A DNA stretch of 64,000 bases from Eledone cirrhosa (lineage: Eukaryota). Below, one piece after another: positions 10,482-23,599 of the stretch. How positions within the stretch are numbered: the stretch's first letter is position 1; each line of letters starts with the position of its first letter. The DNA is taken from NCBI GenBank assembly GCA_964016885.1, contig OZ024741.1, positions 47,306,001 through 47,370,000 on the forward strand, read 5' to 3'. Both the position numbers and the translations under genes were made by a program. The notes beneath the pieces are model-generated. The model saw only the letters and a list, made by a program, of their open reading frames with translations. It did not search any database and was not told the origin of the DNA.

Positions 10482-13400
10482 ATGACGCACATGTGTGAAG
10501 ACAGTACAAATCTGCGGGGGAAAAGGTTCGTAACTTTAAGCTGTTTTAAAGTGTCATTTTTTGTATTTTCTTGTCGTTAACGAAACTTAAGGTACACATC
10601 TTGATTTAAAGAGAGGGATACCTCTCAATATTCGGGCTTTAAGCCCGAATATTCAGATTTATTTTTTAAAAACTTCGAAAAAAATCGCTTTACCACCAAA
10701 AAAAAAAATGGAAATTTTCGACCTTGAATCGGTAAACAACGTTCAGGTCAAAAGTTTAAAGGCAGCCACTGTAGATTTCACCACGACTACGACGGCTACA
10801 GTCATGCCTGTCGTCCACTCTACTGAATGTAAAGGCAAAACTCAAAAGCAACCTTCTGTGATAGCAGCAATATCTGAAAACGACATCACCACCACCACCG
10901 CCGCCACCGCCACCACCACAACAACAACAACTCAGAGCAATAACGACAATAACACCGACAGCTTCAATGTAAACACGGATGGCGGTGGCAACAGCATCAA
11001 CAAACAAAACAACAACAACACCAACAACAACAGCAAGAATGACAACACCAACAACAAGAACATCAGAAGCACCACATTTGCTGCAGCAGCAGCAAAAACA
11101 AAGCGCTTATTGAATATTGATATTGATATTAGCGATAAAGATGAACAGTTGGCCCAAGCGTGGAGGCTAATTAAACGGGAGAAGTCCTGGGAAAACCTGA
11201 CCATCCCGGACGAGGCAATAGCGGCCATGCAAAGGAGGACGGTGTACTTTCGATGCATTTCGGTGCAGACACGAAAAGTGGAACTTGCCAGCCAAGCAGA
11301 GGTCGAGGCTGCTTTGGAGTACATCGGAAGTAACATAGAGTATAAAGCAAGAGGCAAACAGTTCGGTACCATCTCGGTACTTTCAAAACCGAGGCCCTCG
11401 CTATTAAGCACTCGGTGACCCCCTGCAGAACGGAACGCATTATCATGCATCCGTCCTACATGGGTAAAAGGACAGTAAAGGTCCGCATTCCCAGCATTCC
11501 AGCAGGAATGAACATATGGTGGCTGCTGGGATGCGTAATCGAAGAGGGGACAGACACTACCCTCCTGGATATCAAAAGGACAGAGAGAGAGGACTGGTCC
11601 GGAATGGATTTGGAGATTCTTCTCCAAATGAAACCGGAGGATATGAACAACATCCCGGATTTTGCCCGCCTGCAGGACGGGACAACAATCCAACTAATCA
11701 TTGACGGAAGAAGGCCATGCTGCTTCGTCTGCGGGGAAACAACGCATCTGCAAGCCTTCTGCCCTCAGCGCAAAAATGCAGGGGGTCGCAAACCTCCTTT
11801 ATTGCCAACGCCAGTGTCAGCACGGAAAGCTGCACCACCACCAAAAACAACACCAACAAAAACACGGACACCAACATCAAAAACAGCCGGATCACCACCA
11901 ACACCAAAACCAATCCAAGGGGAAAACGAGGAAAGCTCTCCCACTCCCCCTACCCCCCAATTATACACATAGACAAAACAATAAACGCACACACAGACAC
12001 AGAGACACTCACAGCCACAGACCCTTTGTCTTCCAGCAGCGAAGATGAAGGAAAACCCAAAAGTGCAAAAAAAAATACAGAGAAAACTCACAAAAAAAAA
12101 AGGCCCAACCAAACACAAAAACATACACAACAAAAAATACAGACACCACTAACGCAAACACTTCTCCAATAACATCAGCACCAACAGCAACATCGACACC
12201 ACCCCCACAATCCCCGAAACGCAAACACAAGTACAAATAAACACACAAATACCTGAAATTGCAGACACCACACCTACAACAAACACAGACATACCCGAAA
12301 CAACACCACCAAAACCATCACCACCACAGTCACCAAAACGAAAACAAATAAAACCACACCAACAAAATGTTAAAAACTTCGTGCTTGTCAGAAGGGCCAA
12401 CGATAAACTGATGGCCCTCTTAGCACGAAGCGAGGACATTCAAACAGAGGGGAAAATTTTTGAAATGAGCACATTTTGCCAGAAGATTTGCTTCTGGTCC
12501 GAATGTCACTCAATTCCTTCAAAGAAATTCGAGAGAGCTTTCCTCAAGACGTAGGAACCCCGAATGTGAAACCCACATCGAGACTTTTAAAGGGGTTCCC
12601 AAAAGAAACCCCACCAACCATGGAGGTCGAACCACCCGACCTTCACAAGACCCCGGGAGGTAAGTAAACCTTCCTTCTCTCTCTTAGGTTACCAACATGG
12701 CCATATTAAGAGTAGGAAGTTTAAATGTTCGTGGCCTGGGGTCACCCTGGAAGCAGGGTCGCCTGCTCAACGACCTCAGGTCGCTGGGAATGGATGTGAT
12801 TGCCGTCAGCGAGACCAGAATTTCCGACACGCGTCCACTAGCCTCCATTTTCGACGACTATTAGATCTTCGCATCTGTTAGCAGGCCGGGAATGGGGGGG
12901 GGAGGCAGTGCTGTTTAGGAAAGGACTGGATCTCGAGGTAAGGTCGATCTTCCAGGACCCGGACGGTAAGTTGGTGGTCTTGGATGTGAGCAGTAGCGAA
13001 GGTGGTGCCTTTAGACTACTGACCGTCTACGCCCCTACAAGGGCCGGACGATCGGACTTCTTTAGGCGCCTGGAGACCTTTCTGTTAGCGGGGGACTGGA
13101 ATGGCATCTTAGACGCACGCTGGGATTGTGTGGGAGTAGCCGATAGGAGCGGAGGGTGCAAAAGCCTCAAGCACCTACTCAGCCAGTTCCAACTGTCTGA
13201 CAGGTATCGACTAGATTTCCCCAATGTGCCAGTATGGACATGGACCAACCGAATGGGGTCATTCTAGATCGTATATAGACAGGATCTTCATTAGGAAAAT
13301 AGATAGAAATAGTGTGGGCTGCCCACTTTTTAAAACGGTCGCCTATTCAGATCACAAATTTGTGATCTGTACGGTCGACCTAGATAAAACGCGTAGGTTA

Positions 13401-16380
13401 GGACCGGGTTTCTGGAAGCTGAACATGTCATTTCCGGCACGTAAGGCTTACAGGGACAACAATTTAGTTAAGCAAAAGTTGACAGGAGGGATCATCAACA
13501 ACAGATGGTGGAGGGCTCTCAAAAGAGAGATTAGAGTAACTTCGATAGAGTTCAGCAAAGAACTAGCGTTAGAGAAAAATAGAAAGGAGGGGGAGCTGGT
13601 AGATAAGTTAGACGAGGCTATTTGTAGTGGCATTGCAACTGACGTGCTAGCGGCGAGAATGGCATTAGATCATTTCTTCAATGCGAAACACGAAGGTTGC
13701 ATTGTCAGAGCTAAGGCGCGTGCGCTGAGAAACGAGGGAACCAAAGCTGTTCGATGAGCCCGCGTGGCGGAGGCACAGCGTGGTAATAAAACCACAATTC
13801 GGTCTTTGGCGAACCGAGACGGACACGAGATAAGCGATTCCAAGCGGATGTGTGAGGCCTTTCGCCAGCACTTTGCTCGGTTGTTCGGGGAGAGTGGCGA
13901 GTCAGAGAGAGTAGCGGATTTCAGTCCCTACCTTGACAGCTTGCCGCGCATCTCGACGGTCGACGCTGAGCGCTGCGAAAGGCCGATTACTTCAGCCGAA
14001 ATTCAGGACGCCCTTGTCGGCTGCATGAAGCGCAAGTCACCCGGTTTGGATGGCCTGCCCTACGAGCTTTAGGTAAATATGCCAGACTTGTTCTTCGATC
14101 TCCTCGAAGCATTCTACTGCAACTGGCAGCAGAATGGGAGTATTCCCAGTTCTGTGAGCAGGGGAGTGGTGACGCTGATAAGGAAAGACGAGAACAAGAG
14201 GGATACATTAGACAACTTCAGGCCCATAACTCTGCTCAACACAGAGTTTAAAATTTTGGCCAAGGTGTTAGCAAAGAGATTGGCGCTTGTCGTCGAGGAT
14301 TTGGTTGGGGAGGCGCAAACTTGCGCAATCCCAGCCAGGTCCATACACGACAATTTCCACCTCATGCGATACATCATAGAGAGGGTAGGGTGTAAACCTG
14401 GCTTCGGTGGGGAACTGATCAATTTAGATCAATCGAAAGCATTCGATAGGGTCGACCATCAGTATCTGGAGTTTGTCCTCAAAGCAGCTGGCTTCGGCCC
14501 TGTCTTCAGAAGCTGGATCGCTGCAATGCACAGCGGCACACGCTAGGTGGTCAAGGTTAATGGCCACCTCTCGGAACCATTTCGGCTCTCCCGATTGGTC
14601 CGTCAAGGGTGCCCTCTCTCTTCCCTTCTGTACGTATTGACTCTCGAGCCTTTACTGCGGAAGCTGGAGCTGTTGCAGGGCATCCCGCTCGAACCAGGAC
14701 GTGGAAAGGCGGTGTCGGCTTATGCGGACGACATCACCGTGATGGTGTCGAACACCTCAGAAATCGAGGTGGTCGGCACCTTATTGAAGGAATATGAAAG
14801 GTTGACAGGAGGCAAACTTAACCCGGAAAAGTCGGTGGGCATGCAGCTCGGAATCTGGAGAGGAAAGCCCATGCCGTCCAACAGCGTCGTGGGGCGCTGG
14901 ACGGACGGACCGGTAAAGTTGCTCGGGGTTTGGTTCGGACTAGACCTCCAGGTGGAAAAGAATTGGGACGAGGTAACGAGCAGAGAAGCCAATCTCACCC
15001 AAAAATGGGCTGGGAGGAAGCTATCACTGAAAGGTCGCGCGGAAGTGGCGAATGCGTACATCGCGTCCGTCATCTACTACCGCCTGACCGTCGTGCCTTG
15101 CCCCTGTCTGCGCCTCGTCAAGTTGGAACGGCTCCTCTTCAAATTCTTGTGGAGGGGACAAGTTCCGTTGGTGAGGCGGTCCATCTGTTGCCAGCACCCT
15201 CTACGCGGAGAGCTAGGCATGCCGTGGCTAATGATGCGCAGACATGCGTTAAGGCTGCGGCATCTCCAGATATTCTGCCTCAACGGTTAACAGGTGTGGT
15301 CGCCGCTTATCAGACGGGCCTTTCCGCAGCTCATTTCTTTGACTGAGCTGCAGTCCTGGGTCAAGAAGAGACCGAGACTAGGTGACTGGCACCTGGAATG
15401 TTGCCAGGCACTCACTGCCCTCTACCAAGCGGGCAATGCGATCAGTGGAACTTCCACTCTCGAGTTCTATAGAGAATTAGTGGTGGGCAAGTGCGATGAC
15501 GCACTCGGAGAAGCTTTGGGCCTCGACGAAGTCGAACTGACCAGTCTGTACCGGAGGACTTTTGAGCCGGGGACGATGGACAATTTCCAGAAATCCTTCG
15601 CTTGGCAGTGCTACCAGGGGCTCTGCCGGTTCGGGATAAACTCTACAGGCACGGAAGTGCTGTCAGACGGACCTGCCCAAAATGCGCACAGAACGACGAA
15701 ACCGTTTTGCACGCACTTGTCCAATGTCCGTGCATTACTGACATGTGGAGTTATGTCGAACAGCTACTGTCGCGTGTGGAACGAATCCGGCTATCGGCCG
15801 AGTCCATAGTGAAGATAGACTCACCGCCTTCCTTAGGTCAGGAAGAGCAGGACATTTTCCTCTGCCTGGTGGCAGTTGCGAAAGAGGTTATATGGTGGAC
15901 CAGGTTAAAAGCACTGAAGACAGACACTTTTCTCTTCGGCAAATCCCTCAACTTCTTTAAATTTCATCTGGAAAGGACGGTGAGGGTGGAGAGAGAAGTG
16001 CTGCCCCCCAGACCACATTTGCTAAAAGGTGGGGTGAATGTGGCGAGAATGGCTCGTGTGAATGGGCCTACTCTGACTTGTGCCTATAGGCTAGCTAACT
16101 TGAGGAGAGGGGTGCTCTCCCTGGGTGCCCTAGAAGCGCAGGGTGGTTCAGGATTGGTGGGGTACCCGAGTCACCCCAGGGTCGTCCACCCCCTATCGGG
16201 GAATTTATTTTGTTATATTTATGCATAGTTTATTTTATATTTTTATATCTTCATTGTTAAATTAGTCTTGCCATTGTGCACTTTTACTCGACCTTAATGT
16301 AAACCCCCACTGTCCCTGTCTTTGTATTGTCCCCTACACGTCGGCCCTTGTGGCTAATAAATTAAATCATTATTATTATT

Positions 16381-16383
<3 letters not shown>
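10482..16383 (+). mobile_element. Full-length but degenerate Tx1/L1-clade LINE (ORF1 ~10708-12667 with zinc knuckle; ORF2 ~12697-16090 APE-RT-Cys domain)
   Basis: ORF1 has CFVCGETTHLQAFC (CX2CX4HX4C). ORF2 has MAILRVGSLNVRGL, AGDWN, SDHK, FRPITLLN, DQSKAFDRV, RQGCPLS, AYADD, CPKCAQNDETVLHALVQCP. Several stops and frameshifts; (TTA)n on both flanks. Confidence 0.93.
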
Positions 16384-16411
<28 letters not shown>

Positions 16412-16453
16412 TTCGTGCAATGGCCATACTCTATAACGAGGGGGCAGCCATCA

Positions 16454-16560
16454 TGTACGTACGTATGTATGTATGTATGTATGTATGTATGTATGTATGT
16501 ATGTATGTATGTATGTATGTATGTATGTATGCATGTATGTTTGTATGTATGTACGTATGC
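16454..16560. repeat. (TATG)n microsatellite
   Basis: Direct reading. Other (CA)n/(TA)n tracts lie at ~475-561, 4308-4410, 19668-19762 and 53277-53350. Confidence 0.95.
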
Positions 16561-17229
16561 ATGCGTGTGTATGTTCGTATATATGTATAAGTATACACCT
16601 TTCATTACCATTGCTTCTTTTTGTTGTCGTTACTGTTGAAGTTGTTCTTGTAACTGTTGTCATAGTTGATGTACTCATTTTCATTTTCTTTGATTTCTTT
16701 CGTTTTTCTTTTATCTCCCTAGGAAATTCGTTGACAAGCTTCTTTTATTTATTTTCTTCGTTTCTTTTATATTCATTTAAGGTATTTTAGATATATTTAA
16801 GGTATTTTTTCTCGTATTTTTCCTCGGCTGGCTTGTGGGCCGCTTAAACTCTTTGTTTTAATTAGTAAAAAGTAGTTGGGGACAAAAGATAGTTGGTCCC
16901 CCGTTCCTGAAAAAGTGGGGGATGGGACTTGTCCCCTTGTACCCCTCTGAAACAAGGCCCTTGGTTTGCCGGTAGCTTTCTGTAAGGTTTAGGGAGCTTG
17001 AAGGGGAATCGAGGGCTGGAGCACTATTCGACAAGATAAATGTAATTTCTCTTTCCAGTATCTTGAATGTGGGTGATGGTGTGGTCGCGATATTGTAATA
17101 GTGATTTGCTGATATTTTAACACAATGGAAAAATACAATGATATTGTTTCATGTGGAAGTCTTTTTGTAAAAAAGGGAATTAATTACATAATATAAGAGT
17201 AATCTCCCCTGATATATAGAAGTGGTTTT

Positions 17230-17635
17230 ATACACAATTGTATAAATAATATTACAATTTTCAGAATGAAAATATAAACACAGAATACATACAATTAATC
17301 ATTGTTAGGAACCTCACAAATATAACGTACAAAAATATATGATCAAAATCGAGAGAAAAAATAGCAAGCAAAAAAACCCTTAATTCACCACCAAGTGTGA
17401 CAATCGACCGCACATCTGAAAGGTCAACTGAATTTTTTGAGGCAAGCCAACACACTGACTGCATTACCACGGGTGATGGCGAGGCTAAGGTGTTGAAAGA
17501 ACCAGGCATCAACTGACACTTCGGTAAGGCAAGCCACCCACCATGACAAAAACTTCGCTGTCAGCGACCCAGCTCCACCAAACTTTTCGAACGCCACAAG
17601 CAGGAAAATAGTTGTTTGATAGTTCCCGGTGTTTT
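17230..17635 (-). mobile_element. CRE-clade LINE 3' end (restriction-like endonuclease tail and 3' UTR)
   Basis: Minus strand reads VAFEKFGGAGSLTAKFL..DAWFFQHLSLAITRGNAVSVLACLKKFS*, followed by the UTR motif gatgtgcggtcgattgtcacacttggtggtgaatt. Confidence 0.75.
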
Positions 17636-17773
17636 AGGTTATATAATTTGTATTTTATACATTTAAATAGATTCTCTATTTAAAATGAATTTTATTCCAT
17701 TTAACATATTATTTTAGAAATCAGTATATTTTCCGAAAAGGGTGCCTTAACCCTAAAGTGCGTATGTGTATAT

Positions 17774-18221
17774 GAAGCGAAGGGCGATACTTGGTTTTAG
17801 TGTCCTAAATTATCATCATCGACATTCAATTATTAGCTCCACCTACTACACCATACGTCATCATATATTGTTAAAGAGATTTTTGATTTATTTTTTGAAC
17901 AAAATAAATATTTATTTACAGTTTTTCACAGAAAAACTATGCTTCATTTTTACATGAATATTTATTTACAGTTTTTAAGTTTTTAACAGAAACACTATGC
18001 TTCGTTTTTACATGAATATTTATTTAGTTTTTAACATAAAAAATATTGCTGCGAAATACATTTTTTTTTTTTAACAGATTGACAGTTTTTAACAACAGAA
18101 AAAAAATTTCTTTAACAATATATGATGACGTGTCGTGACGTATCGTGTAGTGGGTGGAGCTAATAATAGAATGTCGATGATGATAATTTAGGACACTAAA
18201 ACCAAGTATCGCCTTTACTTC
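17774..18221. mobile_element. MITE / non-autonomous DNA transposon with ~100-bp imperfect terminal inverted repeats
   Basis: ggcgatacttggttttagtgtcctaaattatcatcatcgacattc.. versus ..gaatgtcgatgatgataatttaggacactaaaaccaagtatcgcc; internal AT-rich direct repeats. Confidence 0.8.
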
Positions 18222-18356
18222 ACTTCAGCAAAAAGGAAAAAAATATGATTACTTCGAATCGTAAATATAAAGTTTGATTATAGTGTTCACAAATTAATAT
18301 AGAGTTCAATAAGTCTTCTGTGTTTTGTGAGATGTTCCCCTTAAAAAGTGACAAGT

Positions 18357-18673
18357 TGTAGTCAGACAGTATATACCAGCAGAGATAGTAGTAAACTCTT
18401 ATATGGTGAGGTTGTTTTGTACAAGTGAAATGGCAGTGAACTGTGTTGTTTAGAAGAGGCAGATGACTGGGTTAGGACCACAGAACAGCCTATTTATAAT
18501 GACTGCTAGTTATTCCACTGATAGATAACAGATGACCCTAGAATATGTTCTCCTTCCTAGAATTGGTGCCGTAAATCCTACCCTCGGGAGAATTTTTCTA
18601 TTGTCTTCTCTGCGGAGTCGAGGTCACTTACTTTGTGGCTGTGTCCGCAAGGGAAAACATCTCTTTCGCTACA
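18357..18673 (-). mobile_element. LTR (3' LTR of a remnant LTR retrotransposon) with an adjacent polypurine tract
   Basis: TGTAG...CTACA termini; on the - strand ggaaaaggaggagagaggaggtat immediately precedes TGTAGCG. Confidence 0.65.
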
Positions 18674-19667
18674 ATACCTCCTCTCTCCTCCTTTTCCACA
18701 GTTACTACAATGCTTTTGCTTGTTTTAGCTGGCTGGCTGGTTTCATACCTGTTCCATTCAGGCACTTCCAGCCTTCTCCTCCAAACACCCACTATATTGT
18801 ATCCAACTCTCCCAGAAATATAAGAAAAAAGTCATTTTATTTAAATTCCAGAGAGGTTTCTTAGCCAAAAGTGCGACATTTTCCTGCGATTTTATTTACA
18901 TTCACCTTCTCCAGGTCTTGCGTTAGCTTATAAGTCCATAACGTCTGTCCCCCAGAAGGCCTTCCCTACTCATGTCTTTCGCACAGGTGTAGTGAACAGA
19001 TAAATAGGTCAATTTACACGCGTTGATCCCTGTTGCACTAACTCACCTCACCTAAATATTAGCCAGTCAACGATCCGATACAGCTATCTATCGGATGAGT
19101 AATGCATTGTGCCAAAACCGAAAGCAAGTAGTAGAGTAGATAGTTTAAGACCAGAAACACGTAATTATTTGCTGTCCTCAACATGCGACACGTGGCGCGA
19201 AATATGGCTAACCCAAGAGTGCTATGTTTAATCTACCAACTGGATATTAGACATCAATAATGTCTTGACAACCAGTAGAGGTAACATTGTATTATCCGCG
19301 AACACCCTTGTACTCTTAACAAGTTCAAATGTATTCTGCTTGTTCACATTCACAAACACGATAGAAAAATATGTTCTTCGATAAATAAATATTCTGTGTT
19401 CATAACTGTTGCGACTAGATCTTGTTGTTCCAATCCAATTGACATTAAATGCAGCCTATCGCCTTCTGATACTATTTCTAAATTGGAGTAAATAAAATAG
19501 TAAAATGGCCAAACCATTCATTTTCTATAGTGGTCAATAAAACTCTATACAGGCATCAACTTGCAACAGTTTAAGCAGATGATTAACGGCATCAATCTCA
19601 CCAGTGCAGGAGGGCCTGTGAACACCATGAGCTCTGCTCTTCTATATATAGTAAAACGTTGATATCC

Positions 19668-19747
<80 letters not shown>

Positions 19748-19974
19748 GTGTGTGTGTGTGTGCGAGAGAGAGTATGTGTAATATAGTGGATCACACACTG
19801 GAAATGAAAAAGAGGAAATGACGTTAGATCAGTGAACGGGAGGAATGCAGGACTCTCTTTCACTTGTGATCAGTAAATTTAGTCAGTATGATTCTTAAGT
19901 TGTGTGGCTACATGAGGACACCCTAGGCTTCACTTTCCGGAATTAATATAAGCTATTTGCAATTCTAGAGCAGA

Positions 19975-20110
19975 GGGTTTTGAACGATAAAATGCTTTAC
20001 GGTATTCGTTTCAGATCTCTGCTCTCTGAGTTGAAATCCTGCCGAGGTCAACTTTGCCTTTCATCCATACAAGGTCCATAAAAGAATAACAGTCTAGTAC
20101 TGGGGTCGAT
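19975..20110 (+). mobile_element. Nin/Deu-domain SINE copy (degenerate); similar copies at ~29250-29370 (+) and ~34040-34240 (-)
   Basis: ctgagttgaaatcctgccgaggtcaactttgcctttcatcc; same family as the 35-36 kb array. Confidence 0.7.
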
Positions 20111-20612
20111 TATTCCTCTATATCTCTTTCTCACTTCCATTCTCTCACTCTCTATCCTTCTCTGGAAGAAATCTGCTGTATTTAGACTTGGAGGGAAACT
20201 GGGCTTCGCCAGGTTTTAAAAGGTCTTATAAATGCCGAATATCAATACGGCACCCCTACGATTTCCCCAGAAGATACAGGACCATGCATGCATTTGCATT
20301 TCTGCCTTAATAAATTAATCATTTGATTATGTCAGTCGGTGGACTGTATGCGGCAACTAAAAATGAGTGTGTAGGGAAAAGACTGAGAAAAACTATAAGA
20401 TCTATGACGCACTGGCAGGAGAGCCAGTTTCAGACATTTTGCCACTGAAAATAACACGGCTAAATGGAAGAATGTAGTAGAACAGAAGTTACGTAAACAC
20501 TGGGTCGGAAGTGAGAAAAAGGAAGGTAGGAGAGAAACAGAGATATAGAAGGACAGCAGTCTTCGGAGAGTCTCCAATGATGTTGCTACCAAGGCGATAT
20601 CAGCATAAATAA

Positions 20613-20765
20613 CACTGGTCAACAAAATTTTGCTTTTTTTCTGCTGACCTAACTTTGAGTAATTTGGGATCGCTGAATTTAAAAATGACAATACTTTTTT
20701 TCTTACTCAAGAACAGATCCCAAACTTAGGTCAGCAGAAAAAAAGCAAAATTTTATTGACCAGAG
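20613..20765. mobile_element. Short MITE-like inverted-repeat element
   Basis: ctggtcaacaaaattttgctttttttctgctgacctaa / ttaggtcagcagaaaaaaagcaaaattttattgaccag. Confidence 0.7.
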
Positions 20766-20845
20766 ATATCCATGTTCCATGTAAGTATGGGATAGCCGAG
20801 CAAAAGGCAAACGTGAAAACCTGTGTTAGGGGAAATGGATGCTAT

Positions 20846-22934
20846 TGTAGCGGTTGTCTCCCTTGTTTTGATTAGGATCTAGACGGGAAGTGGAACCCTT
20901 TCTGCAACTTCCGGTCAGAGCCCTATAAAACTAACAACTTTAAGCTTCCTTTCTCTCTTTGCCTTTTCGGCACCAGGTCAAGAGTCTTCTCATTTGGCTC
21001 TGCCATTAATTTGGCCAACAGGCGCCTGGCCTTAGCCAGGCGCCCTCTGCCAGCCGCGTTTGCCTGGCAATCAAAACGGTAACTACTAACTTTGTTTCAT
21101 TCTAACATCTATCTTTGACATGTCAAGTATTCTATCTACCGTTAATTAAATATTATATACACAAACATTGTCTCGTTTTGTTACATTCATACAACCAGTA
21201 ATCTCGCTATATTGGTAACCCTGACGTGATACGAACACGCAGCCGTTCATCGCTATAAGGGTCACCCCCCCAAAAAAAGAAAAAAATAGCACATCTGGTT
21301 TTGTGAGTAACATTACGAATACACAGCAAATTTAGCGACAAACTATGAAAATACTCAAGGACACGCACACACGCACATGTGGAATTCGCACAGACATACT
21401 TTTTCTCTCACGCATCAATTAACTGTCGCATTTCACCAATATATATATATATATGTTTCTCGTTTCTTACAACGAACACTTTCAAAACAAAAAAAAACAT
21501 TTCACGATATATATATATGTTTCTCGTTTCTTACAACGAACTCTTTCAAAACACAAAAAAAAAAAAGAAATTTGATATTCTTTAAAAAACATTTCAACAG
21601 GAACATTTATTTTCGATGAACCATTGCCTTTTGTTCATCGTTTTCTTCATCGTTCTAGTTTTTTGTTTTTTTCCAAAGTTCACACCAATAATTATGCTGA
21701 GTGAAGCCTTTCTTTTTCATCATTGTCACTTTCAAAATTGCACTATCATTTTCTCGCGCGTTAGAAATATTTTTTTTCAACCTTGTATTGGCACGTGTAG
21801 GCAGCATAAATTCTCGATTCACTGAGATGTCTCTACTCACAGACAGCCGCACGCCAGAGATAGCATTTCTCCCCCAAGGATTCTTCAGCCTTAAGCTATA
21901 TTCTTCTATTTGCCGGTTTATAAATTTACAATGTAAATTTACAGTTGATAACCGCGCATTTATTAAGAATGCTTATTTCTCTGGTCGCTGGCCTCTTGAC
22001 CCTTCCAGGTCAACGCATTCTCAACATCGACCATCAACTTCGGCTACTATTTCTAGCACTTTGCGCAACTCATTTTTTCTAAAAAAAAAATTTTTACTGT
22101 GAATTTAAACACCGAATACGCTCACTCAGCGAGACAACAGCAGCAGCAACAGCAATACATCAATACAGCTTCACCAAAGCCAGAGAATTCATTTTTGCAG
22201 CACTCTTCCTGTGAGAAAATCCATTCGGAGGTTGGAAATTTCACGATATACCACAGAACAGAAACCACCTGCATTCATTCTCTGGAACACACTTTCTTTC
22301 CTGCTGTCATGTGATTGCACACCTGTGAACTATATTTTGAACTTTGAGCTCTTCTATTACTTTTACTTTATTACATTGTATCTTTGGGTGATGGATAGAT
22401 GGATGTCCAGTCGTTCTCTGGCCAAGAGCGGTTGGCTACCTTGATATCTATCATTGATTTTTCCAAACATTCTTTTGTCGTAATTTTCATGCCTGTTACA
22501 ACATTCTCGCCAACTTGCTACATATTTTCATTTCGATTTTTATACACTAAAATTCTGGCGGGAGGTTATGTAGCGGTTGTCTCCCTTGTTTTGATTAGGA
22601 TCTAGACGGGAAGTGGAACCCTTTCTGCAACTTCCGGTCAGAGCCCTATAAAACTAACAACTTTAAGCTTCCTTTCTCTCTTTGCCTTTTCGGCACCAGG
22701 TCAAGAGTCTTCTCATTTGGCTCTGCCATTAATTTGGCCAACAGGCGCCTGGCCTTAGCCAGGCGCCCTCTGCCAGCCGCGTTTGCCTGGCAATCAAAAC
22801 GGTAACTACTAACTTTGTTTCATTCTAACATCTATCTTTGACATGTCAAGTATTCTATCTACCGTTAATTAAATATTATATACACAAACATTGTCTCGTT
22901 TTGTTACATTCATACAACCAGTAATCTCGCTATA
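20846..22934 (+). mobile_element. Non-autonomous LTR retrotransposon (2089 bp): LTRs 20846-21211 and 22569-22934, tRNA-Trp PBS, PPT, TSD ctat
   Basis: Two 366-bp LTRs with no differences seen; PBS tggtaaccctgacgtgatacgaacacgcagcc; PPT ctggcgggaggtta; ctat at 20842-20845 and 22935-22938; no gag/pol similarity recognised in the interior. Confidence 0.93.
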
Positions 22935-23599
22935 CTATATTTGAAATCAACATCTCAAAATTAGTTAAAAACAACAAAACCTAAATCAGCAAAAAGTGTG
23001 TTGACTAGTTGGATATAAGGGGAGTAATTCTAAGTGTGTTAGATTAGAATTATCTCTCTTGCTGGAGATTAACTTCCGGTTCAATTGACTTCATTTTATT
23101 TAATTACTGTTTTTAAGTAAATGATTCGTTTAACTTCATGTAACTCTTATTTATCAAATAATTTATTGCTGTTTCTCAGAAAAGAACAAATGAAAACTAT
23201 ATATACACTATTCTGAAAGAATTCTACAATTCCACGTAAGTTGACATCGACTTTTGTTGAGGTTTTTTGTTTGACAAATATAAAAATACATAAAACAAAC
23301 AGCAATCTGGTGTAAATTGTACAATTATTAAATCTTGTGTTTATATACATATATTTAAGTCGTGGTTGTTATTGATTCAGTAGTAGTTTTGACAGATTAT
23401 ATTTAGTTACTTTTTGTCTTTCAATTACCCGTTGTAATTCTGCCAATGTGTTGGCTTCAAAAAGTATTACAGAGGCTCCGGCACCCCTTGTAGGGCGATA
23501 TCCAATTTTAGCGGCCTAAATGCCGCTTACTTGCTGTAGTTGCTGCTTACTTCAATGTATGAGGCTATTCCAACAAATTTACATTCCCCTTTTTTTAGC

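Noticed and set aside
16985-17130. Possible Helitron/PIF1 helicase remnant on the minus strand (EITFI.RIVLQPS..PFKL)
   Set aside because: Needs two frameshifts and is too short to support without a search.
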